A stretch of DNA of 59,330 nucleotides, counting the filler. It is 3 parts of 3 records of this genome, joined end to end, with 100 filler letters (N's around TTAATTAATTAA, not from the genome) between each part and the next. Parts side by side here need not be neighbours in the genome. Positions count along the whole stretch, not along the records: positions 1 to 28,157 come from DRR378314_776; positions 28,258 to 47,759 come from DRR378314_780; 1 more part is not named here. One strand, given 5' to 3'. The position numbers and the translations under genes were made by a program. Position 1 is the first letter of the stretch, and every line of letters starts with the position of its first letter. Below, in pieces: positions 19,269 through 28,335 of the stretch. Below the pieces are notes generated by a model, which searched no databases, was not told the origin of the DNA, and saw only the letters and a list, made by a program, of their open reading frames with translations.

Positions 19269-20558
19269 TTGCGGACACAGCGTTCCTTTCGTATAAATTC
19301 CACTTCACAAAGTAAAAAAGCTTTACTACAATGGGCTAAAGCATATAGCAATGTGGTTTGGTTGGACAGTAACTTACACCGTGACCAATATTCCAGTTTT
19401 GATGCTTGCTTGGCTGTTGGGGGATCTCAAGAGTTGAATGATCTGGATGAGCTTCAAACCTTTGTGGAGCAAGAACGGGATTGGTTGTTCGGCTATTTTT
19501 CCTATGATTTTAAAAATGAACTGGAAGATTTAAGTTCCAATAATTTTGATGCTCTAGGATTTCCGATACTTCAGTTCTACAGGCCCAATAAAATTATAAT
19601 TATTGATGATGGACAACTTCATTTTAAGTATTTGGATGCTTTTGCTGATGAAATTGAAATCGATTATGAGAAAATAACCAATGGTCAACAAGGAAAATCT
19701 TCTACCAAGCAGAACGACCCCATCAAAATTAAGATGCGCATCCACAAGGATGCTTATTTTGAGAAAGCCCATCGTTTTTTGGAGCATATTCATCGCGGGG
19801 ATATTTACGAGGCCAATTTTTGTCAAGAATTTTATGTGGAAGAGGTATCCATCGACCCTTGGGAGACCTATGAAAAACTGAACGGTATATCCGAACCTCC
19901 TTTTGCAGCCTTGGCTAGATTGGATGATAGGTACTTAATGTGCGCTTCACCGGAACGATACATCAAAAAAATGGGCCAAAAAGTGATTTCCCAACCCATT
20001 AAGGGTACCGCAGCTCGTGGGAAGGATGAATTTGAAGATGAAAAAATCAAAAAGGGGCTGTCTCAGGACAAGAAGGAGCGTTCCGAAAATATTATGATCA
20101 CCGATTTGGTCCGCAACGATCTGTCCAAAAGTGCCTTAAAGGGCTCTGTTAAGGTAGAGGAACTCTGCAAACTGTACACTTTCAAGCAGGTACATCAATT
20201 GATTTCGACCATAGTTTCAAAGGTTTCTTCTGATAAAAATCCATTGGAATTGATAAAGGAAACCTTTCCTATGGGCAGTATGACTGGTGCCCCAAAAATA
20301 TCTGCAATGAACATTATTGAGCAATTGGAGGAAACCAAACGCGGTTTGTACAGCGGCGCCGTTGGTTATTTTGCACCAAACGGTAACTTTGATTTCAATG
20401 TGGTCATTAGGAGTATTTTGTACAATGCCACTAAAAAATATGTATCCTTTTCCGTGGGAAGTGCCATTACAGCAAAATCCGACCCAGAAAAGGAATACCA
20501 AGAATGTTTGTTAAAAGCTAAAGCTATGCGGACCGTTTTGGAGGAAAGGGAAAAATAG
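19269..20558 (+). CDS. pabB: Aminodeoxychorismate synthase component I
   Basis: GDIYEANFC, SPERY, PIKGT, ENIMITDLVRNDL, GSMTGAPK and VVIRS motifs; TTG start. Confidence 0.88.
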   Translation: MRTQRSFRINSTSQSKKALLQWAKAYSNVVWLDSNLHRDQYSSFDACLAVGGSQELNDLDELQTFVEQERDWLFGYFSYDFKNELEDLSSNNFDALGFPILQFYRPNKIIIIDDGQLHFKYLDAFADEIEIDYEKITNGQQGKSSTKQNDPIKIKMRIHKDAYFEKAHRFLEHIHRGDIYEANFCQEFYVEEVSIDPWETYEKLNGISEPPFAALARLDDRYLMCASPERYIKKMGQKVISQPIKGTAARGKDEFEDEKIKKGLSQDKKERSENIMITDLVRNDLSKSALKGSVKVEELCKLYTFKQVHQLISTIVSKVSSDKNPLELIKETFPMGSMTGAPKISAMNIIEQLEETKRGLYSGAVGYFAPNGNFDFNVVIRSILYNATKKYVSFSVGSAITAKSDPEKEYQECLLKAKAMRTVLEEREK

Positions 20559-20559
20559 G

Positions 20560-21215
20560 GAAGGAACCAAGACCGCTGCGCTGTTGGATACAGGAACAGA
20601 CTTTTGAAATTAGGAGTTCAGAGTTACAAAGTTATTGAGTTACTGCCGACTGCGTATTGCAACTGCCGACTGTCTTCGGACTCGTATGGGATTCCGAATC
20701 AAGTTCGGAATGACGGTCTGACACGAATTTCACCAATTGCTAGAATTAAGTTTAAGCATCAAGTTCAAGTACAAGTTCGGAGTTATGAAGTTATTGAGTT
20801 ACTGCGGACTGCCACTGCTTACTGCCTAGAGCATCAATCTCCAATGACCCCTCCACGGCAGACACGAATAGCACAAATCATCACGAATACCACTTATTTC
20901 GAACTGTCATCCTGAGCGCAGTCGAAGGAACAGTCTATAACCTTTTTTGGGCGAAAAGGTAAAGGGTTGGACGCGAATTTCACTAATTTCTCGAATCAAG
21001 CGCAAGTTCAAGAACCAAGATATAAGAACTGGATCATTCAACAACCCGAAACCTGAAACCCGAAACCAGGATTGGACTTCTGACATCGGGCTTCGTGCTT
21101 CCGACTAATTTATTCATATACAGCATACTGCCTACTTTAAACTGTCTACTGCAAGTTCCAACTCAAATGCCAACAATACAACAACAAAATAACCAAGTAA
21201 CATAATATCAGTTTA
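20560..21215. repeat. Long intergenic mosaic of repeat modules
   Basis: A 33-nt direct repeat (20621-20653 / 20780-20812), the GATTCCGAATCAAGTTCGGAATGAC hairpin, three GACRCGAAT modules, GTCATCCTGAGCGCAGTCGAAGGA (20906-20929) and CCCGAAA heptamers. Confidence 0.85.
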
Positions 21216-21255
21216 ACACAGATACAAGGCTAAGGTTTATTTGTAAATTCGCGCT

Positions 21256-22563
21256 ATGTTCCCAAAGTTCAAAGAGCACATTGATAAGGAGATGTCTTTC
21301 TTAAAAGGAAAGAAGCTGTTATTGGCCTGTAGTGGAGGTTTGGACAGTGTTGTGTTGATGCATTTGTGCGAGGCGACCAACTTGAAAATCGTTTTGGCCC
21401 ATTGCAATTTTAAACTTCGTGGTGGTGAAAGTGATGGAGATGAAGATTTTGTGAGGCAATTGGCCTTTAAATTCGGGATTCAAGTCTTTGTGAAACAATT
21501 TGAAACTGAGCAGTATGCCGAAAAACAACGTTTGTCCGTTCAAATGGCAGCCAGGAAACTGCGCTATCAATGGTTTGATGAACTTTTGCTTGCCAAAGGT
21601 TTTGATTATGTGTTAACGGCCCACCACGCGGATGATAACCTGGAAACTTTCCTGATCAATTTATCACGAGGGACAGGAATCGATGGACTGTCTGGAATTC
21701 CCGAGGTGAACGGGCAAGTGGTTCGGCCATTGCTGCCCTTTTCCCGAAGTGAGATTTTGGAGTATGCAGAATCGGAAGGTATTGCTTGGCGAGAAGATAG
21801 TAGCAATGCCAGTTCCAAATACCTTCGGAACAAGATTCGTCATCAAATTGTACCTCCCTTAAAGGAATTGCATCCAACTTTTCTACAAAATTTCTTGAAT
21901 ACTCAAAACCATTTACAGCAGAACAACGATTTGGTCACCAATCACTTAAATGAGGTGAAATCCAAATTGTTCAAGTCAAGGGATGGTAACATTAAAATGG
22001 CCATTTCAGAACTGGAACAGTTGCAGCCTTTGGAATCTTACTTGTACGGATTGTTCCAAGGTTATGGTTTTACGGAGTGGAACGATGTAGCTGGTTTATT
22101 GACCGCTGAGAGCGGTAAACAAGTGTTTTCCAAAACCCATAGATTGTTGAAGGATAGGGATTGCCTCATTCTTTCAAAAATTGAATCCCAGCCAAATGGA
22201 ACCTATCCTGTTCACTGGGATAAATGTCACAATGAATTGCCCGTAAAATTAAAGTTGGAACTTGTTGATGCCATAGATGAACAGGCGAAAAATGTCGTAT
22301 TTTTGGATAAGGAAAAGTTAATGTTCCCTTTAGCGTTAAGGAATTGGGAAAAAGGCGACTATTTTTACCCCTTTGGGATGCAAGGCAAAAAAAAGCTGTC
22401 CAAATTTTTCAAGGATGAAAAAATGGACTTGTTTTCCAAAGAAAAACAATGGCTGCTCTGCTCGGACAACAAAATTGTTTGGGTTGTGGGCAAAAGAGCC
22501 GACGAACGATTCAAGGTTGAGGATTCGACCCGACAAATATTAAAGATCACGCAACTGATATGA
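21256..22563 (+). CDS. tilS: tRNA(Ile)-lysidine synthetase
   Basis: SGGLDS PP-loop, AARKLRY, TAHHADD, RPLL and RNKIR motifs. Confidence 0.95.
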   Translation: MFPKFKEHIDKEMSFLKGKKLLLACSGGLDSVVLMHLCEATNLKIVLAHCNFKLRGGESDGDEDFVRQLAFKFGIQVFVKQFETEQYAEKQRLSVQMAARKLRYQWFDELLLAKGFDYVLTAHHADDNLETFLINLSRGTGIDGLSGIPEVNGQVVRPLLPFSRSEILEYAESEGIAWREDSSNASSKYLRNKIRHQIVPPLKELHPTFLQNFLNTQNHLQQNNDLVTNHLNEVKSKLFKSRDGNIKMAISELEQLQPLESYLYGLFQGYGFTEWNDVAGLLTAESGKQVFSKTHRLLKDRDCLILSKIESQPNGTYPVHWDKCHNELPVKLKLELVDAIDEQAKNVVFLDKEKLMFPLALRNWEKGDYFYPFGMQGKKKLSKFFKDEKMDLFSKEKQWLLCSDNKIVWVVGKRADERFKVEDSTRQILKITQLI

Positions 22564-24539
22564 GATTATTGGTACTCTTTTTAGGATTATTCTTCATCAA
22601 TTTAACCGCATTTGCCCAAACAGATGAAAATCCTGCGATTTGGAGCCACGAAGTACATAAACTGTCCGATACCGAATACGAATTGGTATTCAAGGGTAAA
22701 ATAATGGACGGCTGGCATGTGTATTCGCAATATACTGCCGAAGGAGGTTCTCTACCTAGTGAATTTACTTTTGAAAAAGCTGGTGAAGACTACGAACTTA
22801 TTGGTGAAACAGAAGAAAGTGAAACTATAAAAGAGTATAGCGATATTTTTGAAGTAGAGGAGACATTCTTTAAGAAAGAGGCCATCTTCACACAAAAAAT
22901 TAAGTTGCTAAATCCTGAAGTCAACCAAATTTCCGTAAACCTGTTTTATCAGATTTGCAAGGAAGTGTGTCTTCCCGTTGATGAGTATTTTCAAATTTCC
23001 TTGGATGGGAGCGGTTTTGTGGCCGAGGAAACAACCTTGGATGAACGAAGTTCGGCCTTGGGAGCATCACTAAAGGTAGATTTAAAAAACAAACAATTAC
23101 TAAATCAAAACGAAATCACCGATTCCGAAGGAAAGTCAAACCTCTGGGTGATTTTCGGTTTGGGTTTCATTGGCGGCCTAATCGCCTTGTTGACGCCCTG
23201 TGTGTTTCCTATGATTCCGTTGACAGTTTCCTTTTTCACCAAACAGACACAAAATAAATCCAAAGGCGTTGCAAATGCCTTGCTTTATGGGTTTTTTATC
23301 GTTTTGATCTATTTCTTGTTGAGTTTACCGTTCCATTTGTTCAATTCGGTGGACTCACAAATATTGAACACTATTGCCACGAACATCTGGCTCAATGTGT
23401 TCTTCTTTATCATTTTTGTATTCTTTGCCTTTTCGTTTTTCGGTTATTACGAACTGACATTGCCCAGTTCTTGGGCCAACAAGATGGATTCCGCCTCGTC
23501 CAAAGTAGGAGGGGGGCTCGGTATCTTTTTTATGGCGTTGACCTTGGCGATTGTATCATTCTCTTGTACAGGGCCCATATTGGGCGGCTTGTTGGGAAGT
23601 ACAACCCTCGCTGAAGGCAACGTAGCCACTAATTTAACTTCTGGTATGGTTGGCTTTGGTTTGGCCTTGGCTTTGCCATTTGCACTATTTGCTATGTTCC
23701 CTGCTTGGTTGAATTCCTTGCCAAAATCCGGCGGATGGATGACCACGGTTAAAGTGGTACTTGGCTTTTTGGAACTGGCCTTGGCCTTTAAGTTCCTTTC
23801 CAATGCCGATTTAGTAGGTAATTGGGGCATTTTTAAAAGAGAAATATTTGTAGGTATTTGGGTCGTGCTCTTCATTTTGATGACCTTATACTTGTTCGGA
23901 ATCTTTAGGTTTCCACATGATGGACCTAAAAAGAATCTTTCACCTGCCAGAAAATTAACAGGAATAGCAAGCTTGGCTTTTACGATTTATTTGATTCTGG
24001 GACTTTTCAATATCAGTAACTTAAAACTACTTAGTGGATTTCCACCACCAAGCTTTTACAGTGTTGTGGAAACGGAAAGCGATTGTCCCCTAGGTTTGGA
24101 CTGCTTCAAGGATTTTGAAGAAGGCGTAGCCTACGCACAAGAAGTGAACAAACCTATTTTGCTGGATTTTACGGGCTGGGCCTGTGTAAATTGCAGAAAG
24201 ATGGAGGAAAACGTCTGGAGCGACCCAAATGTGTACCCCATACTTAAAGAGGACTACGTTTTAATTTCCCTTTATGTGGATGACAGAAAGGAATTGCCGG
24301 AATCGGAACAGTTCGACTTTAAATATGATTCTGGACGCATAAAAGCCATTGAGACCATTGGTCAAAAATGGGGGACATTCCAAACCATCAATTTTAATGC
24401 AGCGTCACAACCGTATTATGTCCTGCTCTCTCCAAACTTGGAAATTTTGAACGAAGCCGTGCAATATGTTGACGTTGAAACGTATGAGGAATGGTTGAAA
24501 TCTGGCTTGGAAAAACACCATCTTTCTATGAACAAATAA
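22560..24539 (+). CDS. dsbD: Protein-disulfide reductase DsbD family
   Basis: QICKEVC, LTPCVFPMIP, SFSCTGP and FTGWACVNCRKME motifs. Confidence 0.92.
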   Translation: MRLLVLFLGLFFINLTAFAQTDENPAIWSHEVHKLSDTEYELVFKGKIMDGWHVYSQYTAEGGSLPSEFTFEKAGEDYELIGETEESETIKEYSDIFEVEETFFKKEAIFTQKIKLLNPEVNQISVNLFYQICKEVCLPVDEYFQISLDGSGFVAEETTLDERSSALGASLKVDLKNKQLLNQNEITDSEGKSNLWVIFGLGFIGGLIALLTPCVFPMIPLTVSFFTKQTQNKSKGVANALLYGFFIVLIYFLLSLPFHLFNSVDSQILNTIATNIWLNVFFFIIFVFFAFSFFGYYELTLPSSWANKMDSASSKVGGGLGIFFMALTLAIVSFSCTGPILGGLLGSTTLAEGNVATNLTSGMVGFGLALALPFALFAMFPAWLNSLPKSGGWMTTVKVVLGFLELALAFKFLSNADLVGNWGIFKREIFVGIWVVLFILMTLYLFGIFRFPHDGPKKNLSPARKLTGIASLAFTIYLILGLFNISNLKLLSGFPPPSFYSVVETESDCPLGLDCFKDFEEGVAYAQEVNKPILLDFTGWACVNCRKMEENVWSDPNVYPILKEDYVLISLYVDDRKELPESEQFDFKYDSGRIKAIETIGQKWGTFQTINFNAASQPYYVLLSPNLEILNEAVQYVDVETYEEWLKSGLEKHHLSMNK

Positions 24540-24623
24540 TTGACATTTGTCAATATCTTTTTTAATCCATCTAAGAAATTAATTATACCTTAGAGTTGTC
24601 TAATCGACTTAACCATCATTTTT

Positions 24624-27011
24624 GTGAAAAAGTACAAAAAGATTCTTCTTGTTATAGCAGGATTGCTTTTGTTTGTAATTATTGGTATTGCCATATTCTT
24701 AAATTCCCTCAAACCCGATTATGGAGGTGAAAAATCCTTACCGGGACTTTCCAATGAGGTGACCACCTATTTTGACGCCTACGGGATTCCACATATTTAT
24801 GCCGAGAATGAAGCCGATGCACTTAAAGCCTTGGGCTATGTGCACGCACAGGACAGATTATGGCAAATGGAGTTATTGCGAAGGGTCGCCAAGGGAAGAC
24901 TTTCTGAAGTTTTTGGAGCGGATATGCTTAAAACCGACAAGTTTTTCCTTTCCTTGGGTATTGATGACCACACCAAGGAAACCATTTCCAACCTGGATGA
25001 ACAAAGCGAAACCATTAAGATGTCCCAAGCCTATTTGGATGGTATCAACGAGTTTATAAAGGAAGGCCCAACACCTGTGGAATTTTATTTGACCGGGATT
25101 GATAAAGAACCGTTCACCATCGAAGATGTTTACAATGCCGTAGGGTATATGGCTTTCAGTTTTGCGATGGCGCACAAAACGGACCCTTTGTTGACAAGTA
25201 TGCGCAACAAACTGGGAGAGGAATACTTGAACGACTTGGCCATAAGTTCCGATACCTCAACCGTATGGATTAAAAATTATAAGGGAATTGAAACGGATAC
25301 CTTGGGCACCAATATTACCGCAAGTGTAACGGCAGCTTTGGATAAATTGCCCATTCCACAGTTTGAGGGGAGCAATAGCTGGGTAGTAGCACCGAAAAAA
25401 ACCAAAAACGGAAAGGTGATTTTTGCAAACGACCCGCATATTGGGTTTGCTCAACCTTCGGTTTGGTACGAGGCGCACGTTAGCACTCCGACCTATGAAA
25501 AATATGGATATCACTTGGCAGGCGTGCCTTTTCCGCTATTAGGCCATAATAGAAAATTAGCCTACGGTCTCACGATGTTCGAGAACGATGACATTGATTT
25601 TTATTACGAAGAGACCAGTCCCTCCGATAGTACAAAATATAAAACCGCTGAAGGTTGGAAGGACTACGAATTCGTAAACAAAACCATTAAGGTAAAAGAT
25701 GGGGAAGATGTGTCCTTCACCTATAAAAAAACACATCACGGTCCAGTTTTAAACAATATTGCCGACCAAATTTCCGGCGAACGGCCCATTGCGATGTCAT
25801 GGATGTACACCAAGCCCAAAAATAGGGTGGTGCATGCTTTGTACCATATGAGCCATGCCACCAATATGGAAGAATTTAAAACTGCACTGCCCGATATTCA
25901 CGCCCCAGGTCTCAATGTAATGTACGGGGACGCCGAAGGCAATGTAGCCTGGTGGGCAACAGCAAAGCTATATGAGATGCCCGATAGTTTATCCACCAAA
26001 TTTGTTTTGGACGGAACAACGGGAAAAGAGGAACCTTTACGCTATCTGGACTTTTCCGAAAACCCCATGGCTGAGAACCCGCCTTGGAATTATGTGTACT
26101 CGGCCAATAATCAACCAGACTCGATTGCGGGAATGCTTTATCCGGGATATTATCTACCAGAAAACCGAGCCAAACGAATTGTACAATTATTGGATGCCAA
26201 AGACGATTGGGACAAAGAATCCATTTCCGAAATGATATTGGATGTCACAGCTCCGGTAAATACAGAAGTGGTTACGGAGCTGATAAAACTGTTTGATGTC
26301 ACACACTTAAACAGCAAACAATTGGTGCTTTTGGACTCTTTAAAGAATTGGAACGGGAAATACACGTTAAATAGCACAAGCCCAGTAATTTACCATAGAA
26401 CGCTTTATAATATGGTAAAAAACACTATGGAGGATGAGTTGGGACCTGAAATGTTAAAGCAATTTTTATCCACCCATTTGTTTAAAAGACAGATTGCATG
26501 GGGAGCACGTATAGAAAGCGGAAAATGGTGGGATAACATAAATACTCCTGATGTAGTGGAAACTCGGCAGGATATTGTGATGATGTCCTTCGCCCAAACA
26601 TGGGAGTCTTTAGTGAACGATTTTGGAGAGGACACAAGCCAATGGACATGGGACAAAGTGCATACCATTGAACATCAACACCCATTTGGGCAGGTGGCAT
26701 CCCTTCGAGAGTATTTTAACGTGGGACCCTTTCCTATTGAAGGTACCCGCGAAGTTATCAACAACCTCTCTTTTCCTTACGATACCACAGGATTTTACAA
26801 AGTAAGCTCTGGACCATCCACCCGAAGAATCATCGATTTCTCGGATGTGGAGAACAGCATCAGCATATTGCCCACGGGGCAGTCAGGAAATCCGTTGAGC
26901 AAACATTATCAGGATCAAGCCCAAATGTACGTTAATGGTGAGTTTCGTAAAATGATGATGAACAAACAGGAAATAAAAGAAACTGCTGAGTCTATTTTAA
27001 TCTTCCGTTAA
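24624..27011 (+). CDS. Penicillin acylase family (Ntn hydrolase, S45) protein
   Basis: GIPHIYA, HAQDRLWQM, GSNSW (catalytic Ser), ANDPH and GQSGNP..HY.DQ motifs; N-terminal anchor; GTG start. Confidence 0.92.
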   Translation: MKKYKKILLVIAGLLLFVIIGIAIFLNSLKPDYGGEKSLPGLSNEVTTYFDAYGIPHIYAENEADALKALGYVHAQDRLWQMELLRRVAKGRLSEVFGADMLKTDKFFLSLGIDDHTKETISNLDEQSETIKMSQAYLDGINEFIKEGPTPVEFYLTGIDKEPFTIEDVYNAVGYMAFSFAMAHKTDPLLTSMRNKLGEEYLNDLAISSDTSTVWIKNYKGIETDTLGTNITASVTAALDKLPIPQFEGSNSWVVAPKKTKNGKVIFANDPHIGFAQPSVWYEAHVSTPTYEKYGYHLAGVPFPLLGHNRKLAYGLTMFENDDIDFYYEETSPSDSTKYKTAEGWKDYEFVNKTIKVKDGEDVSFTYKKTHHGPVLNNIADQISGERPIAMSWMYTKPKNRVVHALYHMSHATNMEEFKTALPDIHAPGLNVMYGDAEGNVAWWATAKLYEMPDSLSTKFVLDGTTGKEEPLRYLDFSENPMAENPPWNYVYSANNQPDSIAGMLYPGYYLPENRAKRIVQLLDAKDDWDKESISEMILDVTAPVNTEVVTELIKLFDVTHLNSKQLVLLDSLKNWNGKYTLNSTSPVIYHRTLYNMVKNTMEDELGPEMLKQFLSTHLFKRQIAWGARIESGKWWDNINTPDVVETRQDIVMMSFAQTWESLVNDFGEDTSQWTWDKVHTIEHQHPFGQVASLREYFNVGPFPIEGTREVINNLSFPYDTTGFYKVSSGPSTRRIIDFSDVENSISILPTGQSGNPLSKHYQDQAQMYVNGEFRKMMMNKQEIKETAESILIFR

Positions 27012-27116
27012 TTCAAAACGGGCATTCGTCAATTCAAAATAGGGTATTCATCAAAAGGGAATTCTTTTTGAATCGGGATTGGCTACTTTTCAGTCTTTTT
27101 CAATTAGAAATCCAAT

Positions 27117-28157
27117 ATGCTAATTAAAGTTTACGGAAGTGCCGTTTTTGGCATTGAGGCGACCACGATTGTAGTGGAAGTTAATATTGACAAGGGAATC
27201 GGCTACCATTTGGTAGGATTGCCCGACAATGCGATAAAGGAAAGTAATTTTCGAATTGCCGCCGCCCTTCAAAATAACGGCTACCGAATTCCCGGTAAGA
27301 AAATCACAATTAATATGGCTCCCGCCGATTTACGAAAAGAGGGGTCGGCCTACGACCTTACCTTGGCCATTGGCATTTTGGCGGCATCGGACCAGATTCG
27401 TTCAGAAAACATTGATAAGTACTTGATTATGGGAGAGCTTTCTTTGGATGGAAGCCTACAACCCATAAAGGGAGCTTTGCCCATCGCCATAAAAGCGGCA
27501 GAGGAAAGTTTTGAAGGGTTTATTTTGCCCAAGGAGAATGCCAATGAGGCTGCCGTGGTAGATGGGCTCAAAGTATATGGGGTGGACAATATTAAAGAAG
27601 TCATTGATTTTTTTGATGACGATGTTCCTTTGGAACAAACCCAAGTGGATACCCGTCAAGAATTTTATGATCATCTACATTTTCCAGAGTTTGATTTTGC
27701 CGATGTAAAAGGACAGGAAAGTATAAAGCGTTGTATGGAAATTGCCGCTGCAGGTGGGCACAATATTATTTTGATCGGTCCACCCGGGGCAGGGAAGACG
27801 ATGTTGGCCAAACGCTTACCCTCCATTTTACCTCCGATGACGCTCCACGAAGCTTTGGAAACCACCAAAATACATAGTGTTGTGGGCAAGGTCAAAAATA
27901 AAGGGCTGATGAGTCAAAGGCCGTTCAGAAACCCACATCACACCATTAGCAGCGCTGCGTTGGTGGGAGGAGGCAGTTATCCACAGCCCGGTGAAATCTC
28001 GTTATCGCACAATGGAGTTTTGTTTTTGGATGAACTTCCCGAGTTTGAACGCCGCGTACTGGAAGTAATGCGTCAACCTATGGAAGATAGGGAGGTTACC
28101 ATTGCCAGAGCTCAGTTTACGGTAACTTATCCCAGTAGTTTTATGTTGGTGGCCAGT
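27117..28157 (+). CDS. comM: YifB/ComM Mg-chelatase-like AAA+ ATPase, 3'-truncated at the contig end
   Basis: [39 protein letters not shown] and [11 protein letters not shown] motifs; reads open into the Ns. Confidence 0.93.
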
Positions 28158-28257
28158 NNNNNNNNNNNNNNNNNNNNNNNNNNNNNNNNNNNNNNNNNNN
28201 NTTAATTAATTAANNNNNNNNNNNNNNNNNNNNNNNNNNNNNNNNNNNNNNNNNNNN
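28158..28257. other. Artificial contig spacer (N44-TTAATTAATTAA-N44)
   Basis: Six-frame stop linker inside an N run; identical in design to the second spacer. Confidence 0.98.
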
Positions 28258-28282
28258 TCCTTGGGAGGGGGTTAGGGGGAGG
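28258..28282. repeat. Partial G-rich repeat at the contig start
   Basis: TCCTTGGGAGGGGGTTAGGGGGAGG looks like the 3' part of a CCCCTCC..GGAGGGG hairpin repeat. Confidence 0.5.
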
Positions 28283-28335
28283 ACTTTTAGGGTGTCTTAA
28301 AAAAAGTTACACTCATATTACATGATATATGGCCA

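Noticed and set aside
20604..20915. 103-aa ORF between pabB and tilS
   Set aside because: TTG start and made entirely of repeat modules; no protein-like features.
20621..20995. Possible CRISPR array
   Set aside because: Only two copies of the 33-mer, the interval is far too long and itself repetitive, and no cas genes are present.
27117..28157. comM and ppiD as pseudogenes
   Set aside because: Both are truncated by contig ends with intact reading frames.
28202..28213. TTAATTAATTAA motif (also 47804-47815)
   Set aside because: Artificial six-frame stop linker, not biology.
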